From Candidatus Latescibacterota bacterium (lineage in GTDB: Bacteria; Latescibacterota; CBDEFO01): DNA of 64,000 bases. The position numbers and the translations under genes were made by a program. Shown here piece by piece: positions 28,409 to 39,000 of the stretch. The notes under the pieces were generated by a model. The model was not told the DNA's origin and ran no database searches. It was given only the letters and a program-made list of their open reading frames with translations. Where the stretch lies: positions 3,328,001 to 3,392,000 of the forward strand of contig OZ252149.1 in the NCBI GenBank assembly GCA_965248755.1. The letters run 5' to 3'. How positions within the stretch are numbered: the stretch's first letter is position 1; each line of letters starts with the position of its first letter.

Positions 28409-30661
28409 CTATTCATCATCTACCATTTCCAATTCTTCAAGATAGCTATCGTCCACAAGGACTTCTCTTGCCTTGCTCCCGTCGGCAGGACCCACTATTC
28501 CCGCAGCTTCAAGCTCGTCCATGATCCTTCCTGCTCTGGAGAATCCAACCTTTAGCCTGCGCTGGAGGAAGGAAGTTGATCCCTGCTGGTGCAGGATAAT
28601 CAGCCTTGCTGCGTCTTTGAACAACTCGTCTCTATCGCCGCGTACACCGCCTGTTATAGCCTCGCCCTGCTCATCGAATATCTCGACCTCCTCAGCCTTT
28701 ATCTTCTGAACTTTTATCGCCTCCGCTACGCGATCTACTTCCTCAGTGGAAATATAAGCGCCGTGAATCCTTACCAGTTCGTGCTGGCCCGGAGGGATGA
28801 AGAGCATATCTCCGCTTCCTAATAGGCTCTCTGCGCCGTTGCTGTCTAAAATCGTTCTGGAGTCCACCTTAGAGGCGACCTGAAAGGCTATTCTGGCGGG
28901 GAAATTGGCCTTTATCACCCCTGTGATGATATTTACAGAGGGGCGCTGTGTCGCCAGGATCAGGTGTATGCCAATCGCCCTTGCCATCTGCGCCAGCCGC
29001 GCTATCGAATCCTCAATGTCCCTCGATGCAGTCAACATCAGATCTGCAAGCTCATCTATAATGATCACTATATAGGGCATGCGGGGCGGCACATCGTCGT
29101 CCTCTCTCGATTCTGCCGGCGGCAGTAGACGTTCTACCTTGCGGTTGTAATCATCTATATTTCTGACGCCTAATTTTGACATGTTGTGGTAGCGGGTTTC
29201 CATTTCTGCCACAGCCCACTTTAGAGCTTCAGATGCCCTTTGAGGATCTGTAACGACAGGCGTTAAAAGATGAGGAATATCGTTATAGACCGAAAGTTCA
29301 AGCACCTTGGGATCTACCAGGATCAGTCTGATCTCCTCTGAGGTAGCCCTGAAGAGCAGACTGTTGATCAGGACATTTATGCACATGCTCTTACCGCTGC
29401 CCGTTGCTCCGGCTATCAAAAGATGCGGCATCTTTACCAGGTCAACGCAGTACGGTTCTCCCCATGTGGTCTTGCCGAGGGCAAAGAGCGTCTTGGACGT
29501 AGATTCCCTGAATTCGTCCGATTCCACTATCTCCTTGAGATAGACCACAGAAGGCTCCTGATTCGGAACTTCGATTCCGACGGCGGCTTTCCCCGGTATG
29601 GGGGCCTGTATCCTGATCCTCTTGGCTTTCATGACTAATGCCAAGTCATCGGCAAGAGAGACTATCCTGTTGACTTTGACCCCCGGCGCCGGCTCCACCT
29701 CATAGCGCGTTATCACAGGACCCGGGGTTACCTGTACGACCTTGCCGTCTATTCCGAAGTTGAAGAGGCCCTTTTCCACGACCGCGGCGCTTTTCATAAG
29801 CTCCTCTCTTTTGGGGCTGCCCTTCTCTTCAGGCGGATCCTCCAAAAGCAAGGAGGGAGGATATTCGTATATTATCTCCTCATCCTCATATCCTTCGGGG
29901 TCAGGGATCTCTGCTCGTGGCGGACGTTCTTCACTATCATCCAAAGGATCCACTATCTCTGGCTCGTGATACTCTATCACCTGGGGAGACGCCACGCTCT
30001 TCCGTTTAACCTTAACTGTAGGACTACCTTTGGCGTTATTGCTTTCTTTGTTAGGCTCTGTAGAACGTCCACTTCGATTGGATTTAGATTTTCCATCCTT
30101 CTGTTTTGACCTTCTGTTTTTGATTCTGGTTCCGAACACCTCTCCTTTAGCTGTGATCTTGTCGGACAAGGACGCTATAATCTTGGATAGGCTGATTCTG
30201 GTAGCTGCGACAACAGTGACGAGGAAGAAAGCCGCTATCAGCACGTACGAACCGCCCTTCCCTAAATAGGGCAGCAGCACTTTAGTGGAGAGATTAAGTC
30301 CTAACCATCCTCCCAGTACAGCGCCTACATCCTCATTTGCTCCGGACGCCAATCCCGCCGCTCCGCAGTAGAGGGTTATAATAAGCAAGAGCGCAAGAGT
30401 CTTTATCAGGGATTCGGCGGCATCTGTTCTGCGGAGCCTGTCCCATCCCCAGATTAAGAAGAACAGAGGGAGTGCAAAGGCTGCATATCCGACCCCTCGA
30501 AGCGCCAGGGACGATATGTATTCCCCGGCTTTGCCCGCCCAATTTCCATCTGTCACATCGTGAGGGATAAGGCTTATGGCTATCAATATGGATATAGCTA
30601 TCAGAACGACGCCCAATATCTCAGATATCTTTCCATCGGACGCATTTGCATTATCTATCAC
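28409..30661 (-). CDS. ftsK: DNA translocase FtsK
   Basis: N-terminal TMs, HLLIAGATGSGKS, IDELADLM, ATQRPS, gamma domain. Confidence 0.97.
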   Translation of the reverse strand: MIDNANASDGKISEILGVVLIAISILIAISLIPHDVTDGNWAGKAGEYISSLALRGVGYAAFALPLFFLIWGWDRLRRTDAAESLIKTLALLLIITLYCGAAGLASGANEDVGAVLGGWLGLNLSTKVLLPYLGKGGSYVLIAAFFLVTVVAATRISLSKIIASLSDKITAKGEVFGTRIKNRRSKQKDGKSKSNRSGRSTEPNKESNNAKGSPTVKVKRKSVASPQVIEYHEPEIVDPLDDSEERPPRAEIPDPEGYEDEEIIYEYPPSLLLEDPPEEKGSPKREELMKSAAVVEKGLFNFGIDGKVVQVTPGPVITRYEVEPAPGVKVNRIVSLADDLALVMKAKRIRIQAPIPGKAAVGIEVPNQEPSVVYLKEIVESDEFRESTSKTLFALGKTTWGEPYCVDLVKMPHLLIAGATGSGKSMCINVLINSLLFRATSEEIRLILVDPKVLELSVYNDIPHLLTPVVTDPQRASEALKWAVAEMETRYHNMSKLGVRNIDDYNRKVERLLPPAESREDDDVPPRMPYIVIIIDELADLMLTASRDIEDSIARLAQMARAIGIHLILATQRPSVNIITGVIKANFPARIAFQVASKVDSRTILDSNGAESLLGSGDMLFIPPGQHELVRIHGAYISTEEVDRVAEAIKVQKIKAEEVEIFDEQGEAITGGVRGDRDELFKDAARLIILHQQGSTSFLQRRLKVGFSRAGRIMDELEAAGIVGPADGSKAREVLVDDSYLEELEMVDDE

Positions 30662-30686
30662 TCTTTCTCCCCCTTGTTTTGGATCT

Positions 30687-30917
30687 TTAAAAAGGGAATA
30701 CCTTATCTATATTCGCTTTTAGGGCCTCTTCTTCCCTTATCTTCTCTATATCCTCTTTGGACCGATAGACAAACAGAGTTCCGCATCGCTTGCAGACGCC
30801 GTAGAGCTTATCGTCCCCCGGGTGTCTTTCGATCGGGATGTTCGCAACTTCTCCCCTGCAGACATGAACCACATAATCAGAGTCACTTACAAAGACAACG
30901 TCTTTACCCATAAGCAA
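30687..30917 (-). CDS. Small hypothetical protein with a possible metal-binding HxC...CxxC motif
   Basis: Fills the gap between glnD and ftsK in the same orientation; HVC and CKRC. Confidence 0.55.
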   Translation of the reverse strand: MLMGKDVVFVSDSDYVVHVCRGEVANIPIERHPGDDKLYGVCKRCGTLFVYRSKEDIEKIREEEALKANIDKVFPF

Positions 30918-30938
30918 TCTCTTTTCTCGTCTTTGACT

Positions 30939-33632
30939 TCAACTAATCCTATCTAAAAGTGTATCTGCTATTATCTCCTGCTCATCTGGATGGGTGATCC
31001 TGCTCCCGTCTACTTTGGTTATGTAGAAGGCATCCACAGCCTGATCGACTTCTGTTGTGATCTTGGCAGTGTGTATATCCAGCCCAAGATCCGAAAGCGT
31101 CCGCGTGATCTTGTAGAGGAGGCCGACGGTGTCCTGTGCGAATACGTCTATTACTGTGTATATATCAGACACACCGGCTTCGAAGACGACCTTTGTCGGG
31201 CGCACAGATTTGGGAGGCTCTTTTCTTTTTGACCACCGTCTTTCGTGTTGGCGGAATAGGAGTTCGGTGCTTTGGTGTCCCCCGAAGATATCCTGAAGCT
31301 GCTTTTCTACCTCCGCCCAGCTTCCCGCGCGGACAGGACCGTGCGTCTCTGTGTCTGTAACCCGGAAGGTATCCAATGCCGTGTGGTCCGCTCTGGTGTA
31401 TATCTCAGCGCTGAATATATTGATGTCGTTGACTGCAAGGATCGCACAGATTTGGGAGAGCAGATAGGGTCTATCCTTTGCGGCAAAATGGACGGATGTA
31501 AACTGGCTTTCTGGATGTGGAGAAAGTGCAATAGGTTGTGTGTCCAGGGAATCCACAAGTTTTATATGTGTCCTTATATGTTCTGCATCGTTTGACAGGA
31601 CGTATCTGGGGGGGAGGCTCCGTATATGGTTTCGGATTTTGTCTTCGGGAAATTCGTTCTGAAGCTGAGTTAGGATCTTCTTGAGAGCATCTTCGGCTTT
31701 TTGTTTTTCCTCCTCTTCCTTTGCCCCTGAGGTAATTCTTTCTGAGGTTTTGTAGTAAAGGTCAGTAAGGAGAGTCTCTTTCCAGTCTGTGAGTGCTTCC
31801 TTTGTAAGCGCAGACAGGTCTGCATAATTAAGCAGATATAGCATCTTTAACGTTTCAAGGTCGGGGAATTTTTCTGCGAAGGTCTCTTTGAACTTGGGAT
31901 CGTTAAAGTCCCTCCTTTGCGAGTTCTGGGACATTATCAGGTGATTGGCGACGAGGAACTCTACAGTGTCCCTTTCCTTGTCGCAGAAATTCCAGCGCGA
32001 AAGGACTGCCCTGGATAGCTGGGCGCCTCTTTTTGAGTGATCCTTGCCCTCTCCCTTGCCGATGTCATGGAAAAGGATGGCAAGGTAAAGCAATTCTATT
32101 TTCCCTGTAATTTCGTAGAGCACCCTTGCTATTGTGTATGGTGAACCGTTACCTCTGATCCTTTCTATGTTCTCGATTGCGACAAGTGTATGTTCATCTG
32201 CTGTGAAGACGTGATATGTGTCGTACTGGACCAGGCAATTTATCCGTCCAAATTCGGGGATATAGCTTTCAAGGACCCCAAGTTCGTGCATGGAAAAGAG
32301 CGTAGATGCCACTCCGTAAGGGGCTTTCAATATCTTTAAAAACATGTCTCTATTTTGGGGTGATCTTCGAAAATCGTCGTCTACTAAATCGAGGTCTATT
32401 TTTATCTGTCTGTAAGCAGTTTCGCTTATGCGGGCTCTATATCTTTGAGCGTGGAAGAAGATGCTCAAGAGCCTTGTGGGGTCTTCTTTGAAAAAACTGC
32501 TTCTCCTTTTGGGCAGATATATCTCACCTCCGGAAAGGATGGTGCCATCCGCAAGGTCTTTCTTGGGGAATCTTAGGAGCTTGGAATTCTTGCCCCCAAG
32601 TTTGTTGCAGAGCAGATCGGAGATATGCTTGGTATTCCTGGCTTGAAGGTAATAGTTGCGCATAAAATCTTCTACAGCTAGCCCTTCAGGACTGTCGCAA
32701 TATCCCAGGGCTTTAGCTATCTGAGGTTGAAGTTCGTATCTGAGGACATCGGACTTGGCTCCTTCCAGAAAGTGGAGTTCATTGCGGACTTCAAGTAGAA
32801 AGTCCAGAGCCCCTACATAAAGGTGATAGTCTCTTTTAGGGAGGAGTTTCGATGAAAGCAGACTTTCAAGGAAGAAAGAGCCTTTCCGGGCTTTCAGGAG
32901 CCACTGGACAGTATGTATATCTCTAAGGCCGCCGGGACTCTCTTTGACGTTGGGTTCTAAGAGTTGGACCGAAAGACCCGTCCTTGCGTGGCGCTGGTTT
33001 TTCTCTGCTAACTTGGCTTTGATAAAGGCTCTGTCATTTAACTGCCCAACTATTGCGTCCTGAAATTCTCTGTAAAGGCTCGTATTGCCCGCAAGGTATC
33101 TGGATTCGAGCATTGCGGTCTTGGAGGTGATATCCCTTTTAGCCTGATGGACACATTCTTTTGGGGTCCTTACACTGTGTCCGATATCAAAACGGAGATC
33201 CCATAGGAGATAGAGGATACCTTTTACTATTTTCTCCGTCTTCTGGTCGTGGGACCTGATAATGAAGAGGATATCCACATCTGATTGAGGATTAAGAAGA
33301 CCCCTTCCGTACCCGCCGAGAGCCGCAACGGCACAGGGTGCTAAGTGTACTCCGTGCGAACCGTCTCCATGGCGATATCCCAGTATATCCTGAGTCATCT
33401 TTTCATAGGCCCTTTTGATCACGTTGTCCACCATCTGGCAGAGGGCGGAGGAGACGGATATCCCATGAGCGCTCGATCTGTGGAGATTGAGTATCCTCTG
33501 TCTTTGGGACTCAAGGAAGCTCTTGAAGACCTGGACTTCCTCTCTTTCAGAGGGTGTCTCTGATGCGGAACTCCCACTGCGGGTGGAGTTCCTGCTGCCA
33601 GAGGCCAAAGATGTCTCTCTATTGTTGGTCAT
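30939..33632 (-). CDS. glnD: [Protein-PII] uridylyltransferase
   Basis: ALGGYGRG...SDVD, KESPGGLRD, HD domain (FHDIGKG), two ACT domains. Confidence 0.96.
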   Translation of the reverse strand: MTNNRETSLASGSRNSTRSGSSASETPSEREEVQVFKSFLESQRQRILNLHRSSAHGISVSSALCQMVDNVIKRAYEKMTQDILGYRHGDGSHGVHLAPCAVAALGGYGRGLLNPQSDVDILFIIRSHDQKTEKIVKGILYLLWDLRFDIGHSVRTPKECVHQAKRDITSKTAMLESRYLAGNTSLYREFQDAIVGQLNDRAFIKAKLAEKNQRHARTGLSVQLLEPNVKESPGGLRDIHTVQWLLKARKGSFFLESLLSSKLLPKRDYHLYVGALDFLLEVRNELHFLEGAKSDVLRYELQPQIAKALGYCDSPEGLAVEDFMRNYYLQARNTKHISDLLCNKLGGKNSKLLRFPKKDLADGTILSGGEIYLPKRRSSFFKEDPTRLLSIFFHAQRYRARISETAYRQIKIDLDLVDDDFRRSPQNRDMFLKILKAPYGVASTLFSMHELGVLESYIPEFGRINCLVQYDTYHVFTADEHTLVAIENIERIRGNGSPYTIARVLYEITGKIELLYLAILFHDIGKGEGKDHSKRGAQLSRAVLSRWNFCDKERDTVEFLVANHLIMSQNSQRRDFNDPKFKETFAEKFPDLETLKMLYLLNYADLSALTKEALTDWKETLLTDLYYKTSERITSGAKEEEEKQKAEDALKKILTQLQNEFPEDKIRNHIRSLPPRYVLSNDAEHIRTHIKLVDSLDTQPIALSPHPESQFTSVHFAAKDRPYLLSQICAILAVNDINIFSAEIYTRADHTALDTFRVTDTETHGPVRAGSWAEVEKQLQDIFGGHQSTELLFRQHERRWSKRKEPPKSVRPTKVVFEAGVSDIYTVIDVFAQDTVGLLYKITRTLSDLGLDIHTAKITTEVDQAVDAFYITKVDGSRITHPDEQEIIADTLLDRIS

Positions 33633-33671
33633 TTGGTCCTACTCTCGGTAATTTCCACAAAAGCCTTATGG

Positions 33672-34913
33672 CTACTCTATCGGAATGCCTTTGGGCACTA
33701 CTGTTATACCTTCCTCCGTTACAGTGAATCTCTTCCTATCTTCTTCGAGGCAATATCCGATCTGGCATCCTTGGGGTATTCTTACATCTTTGTCTATTAT
33801 GGCTCTTTTTATCCTGGCGCCCCTTCCGATGTCCACTCCTTCCAAAAGTATAGATTCAGAAACATGCGAGTAACTGTGTACTTTGACGCCGTGTGAAAGG
33901 ACAGACCTTTCAACTGTTCCTCCTGAGATTATGCAACCTCCTGAGATTATGGAATCAAGAGCAAGTCCCACTCGATTCTCCCCGTAGCTGGAGAAGACCG
34001 TCTTGGCGGGCGGATATTGCTCCTGGTAGGTCCTTATGGGCCAATCCTCATCGTAGAGATTAAAGAGCGGAGTAACCTCGACAAGGTCCATGTTAGCCTC
34101 CCAGTAGGCATCTATCTTCCCTATGTCCCTCCAGTATTTAGTCTCCTTTTTGTTCTCGTCTATAAACTTGTAGGCAAAGACGGTGGAAGTATCTATCATT
34201 GCGGGGAGTATGTCTCTGCCGAAGTCGTGCGTGGAATCAACTTTGGCATCCTCAATAACCGCTCTGGCAAGGACAGGAGTCTCAAAGACATAGATCCCCA
34301 TAGAGACGAGGGCATGTGTGGGTTTGCCCGGGATAGTTTTAGGATCTTCAGGTTTTTCCTGGAATCCTATTATTCTGGAGTCTTGATCTATCTGGATTAC
34401 GCCGAAATCTTTAGTCTTATGGGTCTCAAACTCCACTGCACCGACCGTAAGATCCGCACCTTTTTCCTCGTGAAATTCGAGCATGTGGCTGTAGTCCATC
34501 TTGTAGATGTGGTCTCCTGCAAGGATGAGGACCCTTTCGGGACGTTCCTGTTCGAGCGTGTAAATATTTTGATAAATGGCGTCGGCGGTTCCTCTGTACC
34601 AGCTTTGGGTAGTTCTCTGCTGGGGTGGAATAGTGTAGATAAATTCCCCGAGTTCGTCGTTGAAGATGTTCCATCCCAGTCTCAAATGCTTTTGAAGCGA
34701 GAAAGATTTGTACTGAGTGAGGACATAGATTCTTCTCATATTGGAGTTGACACAGTTTGAGAGCGTAAAATCGATGATTCTGTAGATTCCACCAAAGGGC
34801 ACGGCTGGCTTTGCCCTATCTCTTGTCAAAGGGTGGAGTCTTTCGCCCTGTCCTCCGGACAGCACTATAACCAGCGTATTTCTCAGAAGGGCGCGCAGAT
34901 CTTTTCCGGGCAT
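33672..34913 (-). CDS. glgC: Glucose-1-phosphate adenylyltransferase
   Basis: RAKPAVPFGG, WYRGTADA, GDHIYKMDY, FQEKP, HDFG, YWRDIG. Confidence 0.97.
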   Translation of the reverse strand: MPGKDLRALLRNTLVIVLSGGQGERLHPLTRDRAKPAVPFGGIYRIIDFTLSNCVNSNMRRIYVLTQYKSFSLQKHLRLGWNIFNDELGEFIYTIPPQQRTTQSWYRGTADAIYQNIYTLEQERPERVLILAGDHIYKMDYSHMLEFHEEKGADLTVGAVEFETHKTKDFGVIQIDQDSRIIGFQEKPEDPKTIPGKPTHALVSMGIYVFETPVLARAVIEDAKVDSTHDFGRDILPAMIDTSTVFAYKFIDENKKETKYWRDIGKIDAYWEANMDLVEVTPLFNLYDEDWPIRTYQEQYPPAKTVFSSYGENRVGLALDSIISGGCIISGGTVERSVLSHGVKVHSYSHVSESILLEGVDIGRGARIKRAIIDKDVRIPQGCQIGYCLEEDRKRFTVTEEGITVVPKGIPIE

Positions 34914-34944
34914 TTAGGTAATTCCTTATTTTGAAACATAGAGG

Positions 34945-35694
34945 CTATCTCAGACGGTTCACCTCATCGACCTAATGGATGAAGACGTCCTTGACCTTAT
35001 ATTTCCGGGACCTTATATTTCCGGCCGGATTGGGCGATATAGAAGTCCAGATCGTACTCTATGGCCTTTTTCCCCCGACCATATCAGCAGAGGTGAGATA
35101 TGAACCCTCCTGAAGTTTATACACGCCTTCGTGGACATAAGCTCCTTCGTGGACATAATCTGTTGCCAAGTTTCAAGGGCGGTTCTCCCGAGAATCATAT
35201 ACGAGGAATTTGCCGCCCTTCATGGCAGTTTCCTGCGTTACAGAGTTTTGGATAGCAGTCTTGACATCTGAGGCTGAGTCGCCGGGATCGTCCGCTTCTT
35301 CTTCGCCTCGTATCCGAACTTTGGCTTTGACCTAGCGCAGAACGACCTCATCAACCTCCAAAACATCTTCTCCTTTACGGACGAAGAAGTCGAGGTCGAA
35401 AGTGTTATTCTGTGAGTCGGAAAAGTCAGCGCAGGCAAAGTACGATCTGTCCTTGACTCGGTGCACGCCTTTGTGGATTTCCAGGAACTCCAACTTGCGG
35501 GCCAGCTCAGAGCGCAAGTCCCGTATGGCGTAGTGCTCTTTGTCTTTGATCTTACTCCACATATAGTCCTGAATAGATCGGCGTAAGTCTGATGGGGTAT
35601 TTTCAACCTCAGCAGGTGCAGGGGAGGAGACAAAGCTCCACACGAGGGCCGTTGTAACCAGAAAGACAAAGACACGAGACGAGCTATTTTTCAT
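34945..35694 (-). pseudogene. Secreted two-repeat hypothetical protein; first repeat open to TAG 35332, second repeat disrupted
   Basis: Reading past the stop of ORF 35332-35694 reveals a second homologous domain (YLTSADM...YDLDFYI) with a TGA, a frameshift and two tandem duplications. Confidence 0.7.
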
Positions 35695-36065
35695 CTACCC
35701 CCCCTCTTCTCGGCTTTTGCAAGCGATTTCTTGATCTCTTCCTTAAGTTCGGTCAGGTCTGAGGATTTGACGGCGTAGGCGTCGGCCGACCAGCTCATAA
35801 AATTGTCTTTGTGGCTGGCATAGGCCGTATTCAGTATGACCGGTATTTTGCTATCCCTCCCGAGTATCCTCTCCAGCACCTCTAGCCCGTCCATTCCGGG
35901 CATCGCTATGTCCAGGACAACAAGATCGGGCCGGATTTGCTGAACCTTATCGAGGGCTTCCTGTCCGTCTGATGCCAGAATCACGTTGTAGCCGTCATCT
36001 GTGAGCTCCTGCTCGTAGAGGAGTCTCTGGTTCAAGTCGTCATCCACCAGTAATATAGTCTTCAC
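35691..36065 (-). CDS. Single-domain response regulator
   Basis: ILLVDDD, DLVVLDIAMPGMDG, TAY and conserved Lys. Confidence 0.95.
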   Translation of the reverse strand: MKTILLVDDDLNQRLLYEQELTDDGYNVILASDGQEALDKVQQIRPDLVVLDIAMPGMDGLEVLERILGRDSKIPVILNTAYASHKDNFMSWSADAYAVKSSDLTELKEEIKKSLAKAEKRGGR

Positions 36066-36067
36066 CC

Positions 36068-39000
36068 TTAATCACTCCCTTCGAGTTGATCCCCGAAAGA
36101 ATCAATCGGGGACGGATCCTGGGGTTCGGTGTTGACTGCGGGGAGACAGAGAGTCAGGGTCATCCCGTTTCCCTCTGTGCTCTGAACGTCTATCTTTCCC
36201 CCGTGATCGTCTATTATCTTCTGGCAGACGGCAAGACCGAGTCCAGTTCCATAGGTCTTGGTAGTAAAAAAGGGACTGAAGATGTCTCCTATATCACCAT
36301 CGGGTATTCCAGGACCGCTATCTGTTATCTCGATCTTCACGTATGGGTTATCCTGGCTAGCTTTTATTTCTATCCTTCCCCCTTTGGGCATGGCTTCCAA
36401 GGAGTTCTGCACAGCGTTTAAAATCACCTGTTTGATCTGTCCGGCGTCAGCTAACATCCGGGGTACATCGGGTTGGTATTGAACGGAAAAGTCGATAGAA
36501 TTATCTTTAAGTCGGTGTTCGAGAATAGGAAACAGTTCTTCTATTATCGAGTTTATATCTTCTACCTCCTTTTCAGGCTCTGTGGGCCTTACAAAGTCAA
36601 GGGTCTCTGAGATTACCCTTTCGAGCCTTTTCACTTCGTCCGCGATGATCCCGGCGTTTCTTTCTGTGCGTTCTGATGTGGGGTCCTTGACAATAGACCG
36701 GGCGAATCCGCCGATAGTGGAAAGAGGGTTTCTGATCTCGTGGGCGATTCGGGCGGAGATCTCCCCGATCTCTGCGAGCCTCTCGGAGCGAAGGATCCGA
36801 TCGTGAGCCTCCTCAAGCTTTTCTTGGGCCCCTTCAAGTTCTTCGATCTTCTCCTCAATCTCCCTGTAAATCTCGGCATTTTCTATAGCGAGGCACGCCT
36901 GGTTTGCAAAGATAGTTAGAAGTTCCACGCTAAGATCGTCTATAGGTCGTCCGCTGTAGAGGTTGTCGGCGATTATAGCTCCTATGGCTATATCCTTACA
37001 GATCAAAGGAACACATATGAACTCAGGGGTGTTGAGAGCGTTTAAAAGTTGAGGATCTACTAAAGGGTTATCAAACGCATCAGTGATTTTGAAGGGAGCC
37101 TTTTCGAATATAGAAAGGGCAGGGACAGTGCGGGCATTTGAAAGGGGAAACCTGAGCCCTTGGGAGATCCTATAAAGGGGAATTTCTTCTTTTTTGTCTT
37201 TTATGCGGTCATATTCGGAAAGGTGATCCTCGAGCTTTAGGTCCTGTTGCGCCATTTCGTGCCATATTCTGTATGCATCTTCGCGGCTTGAAGGACCCAC
37301 TCCCATTTTGCCTTCGAGCATATGTTTTTCCTCGTTTACAAGGAAGAGAAAAGCCCGGTTGAATCCGAGGGCGTGTCCGGCTGTGACGTAGGTGAGTATA
37401 GCATAGAGGAGGCGGTCCAGGTCGAAGATCGTCTGCATCATTTCACCTGTCTGACGAAGCATAGAAAATTCATAAGCTTTTTCTACTGTGTCAGTTACGT
37501 CCTCAATAACCACCAAAGCTTTCCCCATTCCTCCGTCTTTTGCACTGGTTATCGAGACATTGAAGACTCCTTCTGGAGGCGTGGGGCGTACGACCCTGAA
37601 GTTGGTGAGGTTGAAAGGTCCTTCTCCTGCTGCCGCCCGCTGTATAAGACTCTCGATGTCGGGTCGCAGGAGGAGCGATTCGGGGACAGTCTGGCGCAGG
37701 TTCTTATCCTCTATGTCTTCTCTTCGGAGATCTCTCCTCTGGCAGTAGGCATTGTTGGCAAGTATTATGTTGAGATCTTTGTCAAGAAGGAGGATAGCAG
37801 ACGGCATCGTGGCTATCAGGCTTTCATTGAACTGATTGAGACGGATGCTCTCTTTGTAAAGACGGCTGTTTTCTGCAGCTCTTGCTATCTGGTTGGAGAT
37901 GGTATGGAGGGAGGCCACGTCTATCCCGTCAAAGGAATTAAGGACAGCACTTTGCACGTCTATTACTCCTACTACGTTTCCAGATATTTTTATAGGGACA
38001 CAAAGTTCGGACTTTGTCTTTGCCTCTTCAGGAAAGACAAATATATGTCTGGGCTCTGTTGTCACATCGTTAGCCAAAAGGTGTTCCCCTGTTCGGGCGA
38101 CGTAGCCTATTATGCCCTCATTGATACTCTGACGGTATCTCTCTGGGATTTCGAGTCCATCAGCGCTGGCGTGGGCTTTAAGGACGAGTTCTTCGGAAGG
38201 AGGACTGTCCAGGAAGAATATATAGACATCGTAGTATTCAAAGCTCTTTTGTATGGCTTCGGCGACCTCGCTGAGCATCCTGTCCTGATCGAGTGAGGAC
38301 ATGGCTATTTTGCCGACCTCGTTGACCGTAGAAAGCTGAGTCGATCTCTTCTCAGTAGATTCTACTGATTCTCTCAGTTCCTCCTCCTCCTTTTTGCGCT
38401 CGGTGATGTCTCTGATCGCTGAGCAAATCATCTTACGATTTTTCAGCATAAAAGAGCCAACAGATATCTCTACAGGAAATATTGTTCCATCCTTTTTCCT
38501 GTGATAACGAAGAGGGATTCTGCTGAGCTTTCCAGCGATTGTTTCATCGATGGAAACATCTGTCTTCCCCGGCTCTGCAGAAATGTCTGTGACCTTTAAG
38601 CTCAGGAATTCTTCTCTGCTGTACCCATAGACACTCAAGGTGGAATCATTGATATCCACAAACTGTTTCGTATCTGCATCAAAGATCATAATCGCATCTG
38701 ATTCAGTGGAGAAAAGTTGGCGGTACTTTTCCTCACTCTCCTGTAGTTTCTCCTGTGCCCTCTTGCGCTCAGTGATGTCTTCGTGCACTGAGATCCAGAC
38801 CTCTCCGTATAGAGGATGATCAAATGTCGATACATTGGCATGGCACCAGAATTTGGTCCCATCCTTTTTGATGTTATGAACCTCCCCACTCCAAGTCCCA
38901 TATTCTTGCAGACTTTTTATGATTTCGTTTGCTATTTCTTCGGGACTCTTTTTGCCTGGAGCGTTCACTGTACTGACAGGCTTTCCAATTAATTCTCCTG

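Noticed and set aside
37322..38296. Long antisense ORFs (37322-38296, 34017-34760, 2114-2782 and similar)
   Set aside because: They shadow well-supported genes on the opposite strand and have no protein motifs
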